From Mytilus trossulus (lineage: Eukaryota): 54,143 bases of DNA. Made by a program: the position numbers and the translations under genes. Location: positions 50,143,235 through 50,197,377 of the forward strand of contig NC_086382.1 of assembly GCF_036588685.1 (NCBI RefSeq), in the 5' to 3' direction. This document shows, one piece after another, positions 11,826 through 22,740 of the stretch. Each line of letters begins with the position of its first letter. The first letter of the stretch is position 1. A model generated the notes under the pieces. That model had not been told where the DNA came from, ran no database searches, and saw only the letters and a list, made by a program, of their open reading frames with translations.

Positions 11826-14800
11826 AATCAACTACCACTGCAAGTGCGGTTAAAACATCAACAACAACAACTGTTGTCAATAACACTAACAAAGTTGGTA
11901 CTTCTACCGAAACGCTGTTGATAAACACCAAAGGAACAGCTGTCTTTGAGACTCGTGGATCAACATCTGACGAAGCAACTCACACATCATCATCAACCTT
12001 ACAAAAAACAACCACTCAAGCTTCGAACTCTCCGATTTCTAATGATAACCAGTCGAAAACAGTAGCACGCACAGCAAATTCTGGGAGTACACCGCCATTC
12101 ATTTCTGACACTCAGACTTTTGGTACGAGAACAAATGATACGACTGTGACAGACGCAATAACTGATGAAGATACTGTTACAGCCGTAGAAACAAACAAAC
12201 TTACATCTTTATCTTCTAATACTGTCACTACCACTAAGAATGTTGGTACCACTGCAGACACACCGTTGACAAACAAAGAACGGACATTTACTGTCTCTAA
12301 GATTAATAAATCATCATCTGACGAAACCACTCACACAGCTACAGCAAACTTGCTAGAGACAGCCGCAGATCAATTTTCGGTCTCTCAGATTACTAATAAC
12401 AAATCGACAGAAACGACGGAAACCATGGCTAGACCAGAAACGCCAACAAAAACGTCTACATCCATATCTGACACTCAGGCGATCGGCTTTACAACAGATG
12501 ATACTACGGCGACAGAAACAAAAACTAGTGAAACTACTGTCACAGACGCAAAATCTATCGAACTCACCTATTCATCGAATATTGTTGGCCCTACAAATAC
12601 CACTATTGGTACTACCGCAGAAAAACGGTTGATAGATACGGATGGTACAACTACTGTTCCCGAGACTCATGGATCACCATCTGACAACACGGCTCAAACA
12701 TCAGCAACATTATTAATGGAGACAACCGCTGATCAAGCTTTGAGTTCTCAGATTACTTATGATGAACCGAGGGAAATATCGAACATAATAACTAACTCAA
12801 CAACGCCAACAAAAACACAAGCAACCATTTCTGAGAGTCAAACAATTGACTTTACAACAGATGATAGCAATTTGACAGACGCAATACCCCATGAAGATGC
12901 TGTCACAGCTGCAGAAACCATCAAAAGTACTTCTATATCTAATACTGTTGTCACTACCACGAACACTGTTGACACTTCCGTTACAAAGCCGTTGAATAAT
13001 ACCAAAGGTACAACTGTCTTTGAGACTCATGGGTCGAAATCTGACGAAACAACTCGCACATCAACATCAACCTTGATAAAGACAACCGCTCAGCAAACTT
13101 CGAACTCTCCACCTACTTATACAAAACTGGGGGTGACGACAGAAACTATGGTTGGCTCAAAAGCCCAAACGAAAACACCGGCATTTATTTCTAACACTAA
13201 GACGATTGGCTCAAGAAAAGTTGATACAACAATAAGTGAAGTTTCTGTAACAGCTGCAAAAACAATCAAACATTTCTCTATAACAAATACTATTGGTACT
13301 ACGGAAGAAACCCCATTGATAAACACCGAAGGTATGACTACAGTCTCTGAGACTCGTGATCCAGGATCCGATGCAATAACTCACACAGCAGTAACAACAT
13401 TGCTTGAGACAACCACCGAACAAGCCCTTGTCTCTCCGACTACCAATAATAAACCGATGGAAATGACAGACACTACAGCTAGCACAGCAATGCCAACTAA
13501 AACTATCTCTGAGACTCAAGGACCAACATTTGACAAAAGCACTCACACAGCAGCAATAACCTTACAAAAAAACACTCAAGCTTCGAACGCTCCGATTACT
13601 AATGAAAACCAGACGAAAACAATAACAAGCACAGCAAATCCTGGGAGTATTCCGCCATTTATTTCTGACACTCAGACTATTGGTACTAGAACAAACGATA
13701 CCACTGTGACAGACGCAATAACTGATGAAAATACTGTCACAACTGCCAAACTTATGCCTATCATTATTGGCACTTCTACTAAGACTATTGGTACTACGGC
13801 AGAAAATCAGTTCATAAACACAAACAATACATCTATTGTCTCTCAGAATCATGGAAGACCAACTGACGAAACCACTCACACAGCAGCAACAAACTTACTA
13901 GAGACAACCACTGATCAATCGTCGGTCTCTTCCTTTACGAATTACAAACGGACAAAAACAACAAATCCTATAGCTAGACCAGATACGCTAATAAACACGT
14001 CTGCGTTCATATCTAACACTCAAATGATCGGCTTTACAACAGATGATAATACGGCTACAGCCACAACAATAAGTGAAGCTACTGACACAGACGCATATGC
14101 CATACAACGTACCTCGATGTTTAATACTGCTGGCATAACTACTAAGACTGTTGGTAGTATCCCTGATAAACATTTGACAAACACAGAAGGTGCAGCTACG
14201 ATTTTTGAGACTAATGAACCAACATCTGATGAAACAACTTACACCGCAGCCAAATCACTTGTAACAATAACCGTTGATCGAGCTTCGGACTCTCCGAACC
14301 CTAATGAAAATCCAATGGAAACGACGGAAACCATAGGTAGCTCGACAACGCAAACAAAAACGTCTAAATCCATGTATGACACTCAGACGAACGACTTTAA
14401 AACAGATGATACCATGATGACAAACACTTCAATTAGTGACGCTCCTGACACAAACGCAAACACAATCCATCTTACTTCGATGTCTAATACCACAATGACC
14501 AATGGCACTACCACCGATAAACATTTGATTAGCACAAAAGATACAAATACTGTTTTTGAGACTTATGAACCAAAATCTGACGAAACATTTTTCACAGCAG
14601 CAACAACCCTGGTAACGATAACCGCTGATCAATCTTCGGTCCCTCCGATTGCTAATGATAAACCGACGAAAACGACAGAAACCATAGCTAGCTCGGAAAC
14701 GCCAACACAAACGTCTCAATCCATTTATGACACGCAGACAATCGGTTTTACAACAGATGATAATACAGTGACAGACACAACAACTAGTGAAGCTACTGTA

Positions 14801-17800
14801 ACAGCTGCAAAAACCATCGAGGCTACCTTAATATCTAATACTGCTGGTATAACCACAAGGACCATTGGTACTATCACCGATAAGCATTTGACAAACACAG
14901 AAGGTACAACTACTGTTTCTGAGACTCGCGGATTAACATCTGACGAAACAACTTATACAGCACCAACCACCCTGCTACAGACCACCGCTGCTCCAGCTTC
15001 GGTCACTTCGATTGTTAATGATAAAATGACGGAAAAGATGAAAACCATAGCTAACTCAGAAACGCCAACAAAAACGTCTACATCCATATCTGACACTCAA
15101 ACGATCGGCTTTACAACAGATGATATAACGATGACAAACACAACAACTATTGAAGCTACTGACACAGCTGCAAAAAACATCCAACTAACCTCGATGTCTA
15201 GTTCTGTTGGCATAACCACTAAACTTGTTGGTAATATCCCCGATAAACATTTAACAAACACAGAAGGTACAACTACTGTTTCTCAGCCTCAAGAACCACC
15301 ATCTGACAAAACCACACACACAGCAGCAACAACTCTGCTAAAGACCACCGCTGATCAAACTGCAGACCCTTCGATTACTAATGATAAACCGACGGAAACG
15401 ACGTACTCCATAGATTACTCACAAACGCCAACAAAAACGTCGACGTCCATATTTGACTCTCAAACGATCGGCATTACAACAGTTGATACTATGATAACAG
15501 ACAAAACAATTATTGAAGCTACTGACACAGGCTCAAACATAATCCAACTCACGTCGATGTATAATACTGCTGACATAACTTCTAGTATCATTGGTACAAC
15601 CACCGATCAACATTTGACCAACACAGAAGGTACAACTATTGTTTCTGAGACTCATGAACCACCATCTGACGAAACAACACACACAGCAGCCACAATTTTG
15701 CTAGAAACATCTGCTGGTCAATCTTCGGTCACTCCCATTACTAATTATAAACCGACGGAAACGATGGAAGCCACAGTTAGCTATGAAACGCCAATAATAA
15801 GGTTTACATCCATGTTTGACACTCAGACAATCGGTTTTACAACAGATGATAATACGGTAACAGACACAACAACTAGTGAAGCTACTGTAACAGCTGCAAA
15901 AACCATCGAGGCTACCTTAATATCTAATACTGCTGGTATAACCACAAGGACCATTGGTACTATCACCGATAAGCATTTGACAAACACAGAAGGTACAACT
16001 ACTGTTTCTGAGACTCGCGGATTAACATCTGACGAAACAACTTATACAGCACCAACCACACTGCTACAGACCACCGCTGATCCAGCTTCGGTCACTTCGA
16101 TTGTTAATGATAAAATGACGGAAAAGATGAAAACCATAGCTAACTCAGAAACGCCAGCAAAAACGTCTACATCCATATCTGACACTCAATCGATCGGCTT
16201 TACAACAGATGATATAACGATAACAAACACAACAACTATTGAAGCTACTGACACAGCTGCAAAAAACATCCAACTAACCTCGATGTCTAATACTGTTGGC
16301 ATAACTACTAAACGTGTTGGTAATATCCCCGATAAACATTTAACAAACACAGAAGGTACAACTACTGTTTTTCAGTCTCACGGACCAACATCTGACGAAA
16401 CCACACACACAGCAGCAACAACCCTGATAAAGACCAACGCTAATCAAAGCGCAGACCCTTCGATTACTAATGATAAACAAACGGAAACGACGGACTCCAT
16501 AAATAGATCAGAAACGCCAACAAAAAAGTCTACACCCATATCTAACACTCAGACGGTCGGCTTTATAACAGATGATCCTACGATGACAGACACAGCTAGT
16601 GAAGCTACTGTAACAGCTGCAAAAACCAATGAACTTACCTCGATATCTAATACTGCTAGCATAACAACTAGGACCATTGGCGCTACCACCGATAAACATT
16701 TGACAAGCACGAAAGGTACAGCTATTGTTTCTGAGACTTATAAACCAACATCTGACGAAACAACTTACACGGCAGCAACAACCCTGCTAAAGACAACCGC
16801 TGATTCAGCTTTGGTCACTTCGATTACGAATGATAAATTGACGGAAACGACGGACTCTATAGATAGATCAGAAACGTCAACAAAAAAGTCTACACCCATA
16901 TCTGACTTTCAGACGATCGTCTTTACAACAGATGATCCTACGATGTCAGACAAAACTAGTGAAGCTACTGTAACAGCTGCAAAAACCATCGAACTTACCT
17001 CGATATCTAATACTGCTGGCATAACAACTAGGACCATTGGCGCTACCACCGATAAACATTTGACAAGCACGAAAGGTACAACTATTGTTTCTGAGACTTA
17101 TAAACCAACATCTGACGAAACAACTTACACGGCAGCAACAACCCTGCTAAAGACAACCGCTGATTCAGCTTTGATCACTTCGATTACGAATGATAAATTG
17201 ACGGAAACGACGGACCCCATAGATAGATCAGAAACGCCAACAAAAAAGTCTACACCCATATCTAACACTCAGACGATTGGCTTTACAACAGATGATCCTA
17301 CGATGACAGACACAGCTAGTGAAGCTACTGTAACAGCTGCAAAAACCAATGAACTTACCTCGATATCTAATACTGCTATAATAACAACTAGGACCATTGG
17401 CGCTACCACCGATAAACATTTGACAAGCACGAAAGGTACAGCTATTGTTTCTGAGACTTATAAACCAACATCTGACGAAACAACTTACACGGCAGCAACA
17501 ACCCTGCTAAAGACAACCGCTGATTCAGCTTTGGTCACTTCGATTACGAATGATAAATTGACGGAAACGATTGACTCCATAGAAACGTCAACAAAAAAGT
17601 CTACACCCATATCTGACATTCAGACGATCGTCTTTACAACAGATGATCCTACGATGTCAGACACAACTAGTGAAGCTACTGTAACAGCTGCAAAAACCAT
17701 CGAACTTACCTCGATGTCTTATACTGTTGACATTACCACTAATACTGTTGATACTACAGAAGGAGAATCATTGATAAACACAGAAGGTACAACTTTTGTC

Positions 17801-19015
17801 GTTGAGACTCATGAACTAAAATCTGAGAAAACATCATTCACAACAGAAACATCATTTGTAGATACAACCGTTGATCACGCTGCGGACTCTTTGATCATGA
17901 ATAATAAACTTACGTCAACATCCGCAAGTAGTGTCGAACTTTCTTATAGAACTACTAATAAGAATATTGACAAATCCGCTGACATTTCATCTACAAACAC
18001 CGAAGGAACAACTATTTTCTCTGAGACTCATGAACCACCATTTGACAAAACAGCTAACACATCCCTTACAACCTTGGTAGAGACAACTGCTGGTCAAGCT
18101 TTAGTCTCTCCGATCACAATTAATAAACAGATGGAAACGACAGACACAAAAGCTAGCGCGGCAACGCCAACAAAAACGCTGGCATCCATTTCTGAAACAA
18201 ATGGATTTACAACAGATTATACGACTGTGACAGACGCAACCATTAATGAAGCTACTGTCATATCCGCAAAAAAACTTACCTCTGTGTATAATACTCCTGG
18301 AACTACCACTAATAATATCGATGACAAAACCGTTAATATTCAATTGACTAACAACGAAGGTACAACTGTCTCAAAGACTCATAGAGCGACAGCTGACGAA
18401 TCAACTCACAAAGCAACGACAACCTTGCTAGAGACCACAGCTGTTCAAACTTCGAACGCTCCGTTCAATCATGATAAACCGACGGAACTGACGGACACTG
18501 TAGCTGGCTCAGAAACCCTTATGATAACATCGGCATCAATTTCTGACTTTCATACGATTGGCACTAGAACATATGATACGACTGTGACAAAACAACCAAC
18601 GGATGAAGTTCCTTTCACAGCCTCAGAAAACATTAAACTAACCTCTACTTCTGCTCATATTGGCACTATCATTAACACTGTTGGTACTACCGCAGAAAAT
18701 TCGCTGACAAGCACCGAAGGAACAACAACTATATATGAGACTCATGGACCAACAATTGACAAAACAACTATTACAGCGGCTTATCAACCTTCGATCATTC
18801 CGATCACTGATAATGGACAAACGGAAACGACAGACACAATAGATAGCTCAGCAACGCCATCGAAAACAACAGCATCCATTTCTGAAACTCAGACGGTTGG
18901 TCTAACAACAGATGATGCTACTGTAACAGACGCAACAACTAGTGAAGCTACTATCACCGTCGCAAAAACCATCGAACTTACCTCCAAATTAAATTATACT
19001 AGCACTTCCACTTAA
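11826..19015 (+). CDS. Mucin-like gene exon 3: about 2395 aa of Thr/Ser-rich (PTS) tandem-repeat domain, with stop TAA at 19013-19015
   Basis: Acceptor ttctcttttttAG at 11824-11825. G(10454)+AA(11826-27) gives GAA=E, which is exactly in frame with the long ORF (..ESTTTASAV). The 120-aa repeat consensus is ..TPTKTSTSISDTQTIGFTTDD.T.TDT.SEATVTAAKTIELTS.SNTAGITTRTIG.TTDKHLTNTEGTTTVSETH.P.SDETTHTAATTLL.TTADQ.S...ITNDK.TETT. Confidence 0.75.
16480..17650 (+). repeat. Higher-order repeat inside the mucin CDS: 720-bp periodicity (two alternating 360-bp subunit types), at least 3 near-identical copies
   Basis: Identical reverse-strand ORF artefacts 16508..16699 and 17228..17419 lie exactly 720 bp apart. 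Subunit types alternate: NTQT(V/I)GF..MTDTAS..KTNELTS..GTAIV versus D(F/I)QTIVF..MSD(K/T)TS..KTIELTS..GTTIV. Confidence 0.85.
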
Positions 19016-19265
19016 ACTATTGGTATTTCCTCCGAACAATCTTTGATAAACACCGAAGATACAACAGTCTTTGAGACTCATCGACCAACTTCTGACGAAA
19101 CAACTCACACAGCAGCAACAACCTTGTAAGAGACAACCGCGGATGAAGCTTTGATCTTTGCGATTACTTATAATGAACCAAGGGAAACGACAGACACGGT
19201 TTCGGGCTCAAAAACGCCTACAAAAACATCGGCATACATTTCTTAAAGTCAGCAAATTGGCACTA
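19016..19265 (+). pseudogene. Decayed continuation of the mucin repeat array after the stop codon, with 3 in-frame stops
   Basis: In the same frame the translation is TIGISSEQSLINTEDTTVFETHRPTSDETTHTAATTL*ETTADEALIFAITYNEPRETTDTVSGSKTPTKTSAYIS*SQQIGTTAEYIDN*. It is clearly repeat-unit-like but interrupted. Confidence 0.6.
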
Positions 19266-19595
19266 CAGCAGAATATATCGATAATTGATACTACATGTAA
19301 ATGGTCTTGTAGGCTACAGCTGAGGAAGATTATTTCATAGATATATATTGATATTATTGATAATTACCTGAAATACATTTGTTGCCCAGATATTTTGTAC
19401 TCCGGCTGAGGAAATGACTGCAACGTGTCGTGCTACATCGTGTGTAACGTTCGAAGTTACATTTCCTTGTATCTTTGGAATTATAGATTTGATAAAGATT
19501 TTTAAAGCAACCATTACTTTGCCATATGATTGGACTCTTACAGTTGTGAACGAGACTGTTAAATCAAGTCACAAATTCAATAAAAACCATTGAAG

Positions 19596-19870
19596 ATAGA
19601 TATAGGAAGATGTGGTGTGAGTGCCAATGAGACAACTCTCCATCCAAATAACAATTTAAAAATTAAACCATTATAGGTTAAAGTACGGCCTTCAACACGG
19701 AGCCTTGGCTCACACCGAACAACAAGCTATAAAGGGCCCCAAAATTACTAGTGTAAAACCATTCAAACGGGAAAACCAACGGTCTAATCTATATAAACAA
19801 AACGAGAAACGAGAAACACGTATATATTACATAAACAAACGACAACTACTGTACATCAGATTCCTGACTA
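19596..19870 (+). mobile_element. SINE-like element, family 3, with the head motif gatgtggtatga..caatgagacaactctccatccaa...ccattataggt.aaggtacggccttcaacacggagccttg...gctataaagggcc
   Basis: The same family recurs at 26600-26640 (fragment), 27030-27090, 35735-35800, 47680-47790 (partial) and 49105-49270 on the + strand, and at 28640-28800 and 33460-33600 on the - strand, each with a poly-T run on the + strand. Confidence 0.55.
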
Positions 19871-20408
19871 AAAGTACATCTCAAACGTCAAGTTGTATTA
19901 CAGCAATGGATATGACTGTGACAGATATACCAGCATGTGAAAACTACTGTGACAATAAAAATACACACAAAAAACTTATTTTATTTTTCATACCATTTCG
20001 GATAACACAATACCACAACCTTATCATTTAGAACCTATGAATGCTGCCAGATATCAAAGATATATTTGCACTCACAAGTCGAAAATAAACTTACAAAACC
20101 GTGGTCAAAACGTTAAATGATGAAAATACAAATACCAGTAGAAAGAACCCACGGAAAATGTTAAATTACGCAACACGAATCCCACCAATTACCGGAGATG
20201 CTCTCATAAGCTTCGGAAAAGTATGCAGGTCCTGATCTACACGAAAGTACAAAGCCGGTAATAAATCTACGTCGGTTGGTTGTAGTTGAGGAAAACATAC
20301 AAAACTGTCTTAAAGGGTAATGAATCAATAGCTGGGAGGGGGGTGACACAAACATACACCTCATATCATATATAATAAATCGTAGAAAATGATCATCACA
20401 AATTGTAG

Positions 20409-20545
20409 AAGGGGGGTAGGACCTTTTTCGGGACTCTTGGATCGGGTGTTTTTAAGCTCGGGATTTCGGAATTGACCCTCTCGGGATCCGGGAATTCTTT
20501 TTTCGAATTTCGGGACCTCGGGATTTCGGAATCAGGACCCCTCCT
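20409..20545. mobile_element. GC-rich palindromic MITE-like element. TIRs are GGGGGGTAGGACCTTTTTCGGG and CGGAATCAGGACCCCTCCTACCC, with internal cgggatttcgg repeats.
   Basis: A CpG-rich island in AT-rich surroundings, with termini that are imperfect reverse complements. A second, longer copy lies at 25066-25300 (gggtaggaggagtactgattccgaaatcc ... aaaaaaggtcctgccccctc). Confidence 0.5.
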
Positions 20546-20589
20546 ACCCTCCCTCATTGTAACATCCTCAAGTTACATCGATCGATGTT

Positions 20590-21500
20590 ATCTCTTTATC
20601 TCAGACAACTGACACTAAAAAGAATGAATATTACCGAAAGAACGGTTGTTTGAAGGCCACATTAAGTATTTTTCAATATAGCAAGTACTTTGACAGTGTT
20701 GTTAGGGACTAAATGAAACCGTCCCAATGATTAATGGATTAACATCTGAAGAATAAAGGCAACAGTAGTATACCGCTGTTCAAAACTCATAAATCCATTG
20801 ACAAAAAACAAAATCGGGGTAACAAACTAAAACTGTGGGAAACGCATTAAATATAAGAGAGAACAACGACACAACACTAAAATGTAACACACACAGACAC
20901 TGACCAAGCATCAGACAAAATCCTAAAAAGAGTGAATATTACCGAAAGAATAGTTGTTTGAAGGCCACATTAAGTATTTTTCAATATAACAAGTACTATG
21001 AGCGTGTTGTTAGAGACTAAACGAAACCGTCCCAATGATTAATGGTTTAACATCTGAAGAATAAAGGCAACAGTAGTATACCGCTGTTCAAAACGCATAA
21101 ATCCATAGACAAAAAAAATCGGGGTAACAAAATAAAACTGAGGAAAACGCATTAAATATAAGAGAGAACAACGACACAACATTAAAATGTAACACACATA
21201 GAAACGGACTAAGCATTAGACAAAAACCTATGAGAATAACAAATATAATATGAAAACCAAATACATGAATCTTGGATAGATAAGTACCTTGACACGTCTT
21301 ATATTAATGTGAATTCACAGTCAAAAATAAGAGAAAACAAACGACACAACGGAAACACAACGTTAAAATGTAACACACACAGAAACGAACTATAATATAA
21401 CAATAGCCATATTCCTGACTTGGTACAGGACATTTTTAAAGGAAAAACGGGTGGGTTGAGCCTGGTTTTGTGGCATGCCAAACCTCCCTCTTATATGGCC
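20590..21500 (-). mobile_element. Family-1 SINE-like element on the - strand with an internal tandem duplication of about 310 bp (2.3 copies, 20610-21240)
   Basis: 21300-21490 is the reverse complement of 5680-5800. The segment ataaaggcaacagtagtataccgctgttcaaaactcataaatccattgacaaaaaacaaaatcggggtaacaaa is the reverse complement of 5990-6068. The unit gaatattaccgaaagaa.ggttgtttgaaggccacattaagtatttttcaatata repeats at 20620 and 20930. Confidence 0.6.
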
Positions 21501-22122
21501 ATGTGAAATGACTCAAAACATACACAACTAATTTTCTTGTGACACCGAACATTCTATACTGCAGAAACAACTGTGGAGGCTCTAACAACCGCACCTTTGT
21601 CTTTCGAATGGAAGATGAAGACTGCTGCAACATCTCCAATGAAAATAAATTGTTTCACAGTCGACACAACATCATTGATAACCATCGCGGGTATGACCGC
21701 CGATGACTGCTGGACTTAGACAAATATAATCAACTGTCACAACCAGAACATCTTTGTAATTGATAAGCATCAAAGTATCAAGTTCTTCGTTTAAAATGTT
21801 TATATAGATATCATTAAAAAATCCACCAAAAAATGTTCGTAGTTTAACGAAGACGAAAATGGCTAGTACTATGATATATGCAGTAATTTGAGTATAACAG
21901 TCTGCTCATAATATTTTGTATTATGTGAGAAGACGATATAATAATAATTTTAACCTGGGACAGTGGTGTAACAGTACAACATAAGAACGAACTATAAAAA
22001 TCAGTTGAAAAAGGCTAAACTCATCAGATGGATATACAAATACAAATACTACATGCACAGAGTGGATGTGGTGGCCCGGGTACTTGTATATCCCAACAAC
22101 AAAAAGACACTAAGTACTAAGA

Positions 22123-22195
22123 GGGCCGTGGTGTAGTGGTTAGTGCATCGGACTACTTACACAAAGGATACTGGTTCGATTCCCGTTTGGGATGA
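22123..22195 (+). other. tRNA-like sequence, probably a tRNA-derived SINE head or tRNA pseudogene, followed by a possible SINE body to about 22400
   Basis: GGGCCGTGGTGTAGTGGTTAGTGCATCGG resembles an acceptor stem plus D-arm. ACTGGTTCGATTCCCGT resembles a T-arm. I found no complementary 3-prime acceptor strand, no CCA end, and a non-pairing anticodon stem. Confidence 0.3.
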
Positions 22196-22639
22196 AAATT
22201 TCAGTAACTCAATCTTCGTCTCTCCCTTAACACCATTTGCGAGTATGGTCTAGAGGAAACGATGATAGTCCGTCGGAAGGGGACGATAAATGGCTGACTC
22301 GTGTTAAGAGAGAGCCATATCTCTTGCACGTTAAAGACACCCTTGTAGATTTCGAAAAAGAGTAGGCTAATGCCGCTACAAGGCAGCACTCGCACCCGCA
22401 AAGTGGAAAGGGATTAATATAAGTTGCAAATGTATATATACAATCGTATCATCAAGTGAAACAACTAAATGAACTTAAAGTCTTTCTAAAAAACTTTATA
22501 AACTGCTGATGAACAATGCACATGAAAATCGGAAAATATGCAATAAAAGAAATTAAATACTTTCTCTTATATATTCAAACAATTGTCAACAAATTATTTG
22601 TGACTTTTTTTCCTATCCAATTTGTGTCTTTATGTCCTA

Positions 22640-22740
22640 TATATATATATGGGTTGGACTTTTTGTCCTGTGAATACATTCATCATAGATACCAGGACTA
22701 AACTTAGTATATGAGACAATATCTGAAAAAGTCGATTTTT
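22640..22740. mobile_element. Short MITE with gactttttg/c termini. A related, longer copy at 24295-24480 carries an inserted unrelated repeat.
   Basis: gggttggactttttgtcctgtga...tatgagacaatatctgaaaaagtcga. The 24295-24480 copy shares both ends in rearranged orientation. It also contains the ..cagacgcgcgtttcgtctaca..aaggccaaataaagtacgaagtt repeat, which is also present at 4460-4570 (+) and at 8400-8520 and 9990-10110 (-). Confidence 0.4.

Noticed and set aside
12112-18820. About a dozen reverse-strand ORFs (60-111 aa) inside the mucin repeat region, for example 13211..13546 and 14429..14719, plus the identical pair 16508..16699 and 17228..17419
   Set aside because: They are Cys/Arg/Ser-rich antisense read-throughs of a Thr-codon-rich (ACN) repeat, with no start context or splice signals. 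Their 720-bp periodicity simply mirrors the sense-strand repeat.
22123-22195. Calling a functional tRNA gene
   Set aside because: The acceptor stem cannot be closed (5-prime GGGCCGT versus 3-prime ..TTGGGATG) and the anticodon stem does not pair. It is better explained as a tRNA-derived SINE head or pseudogene.
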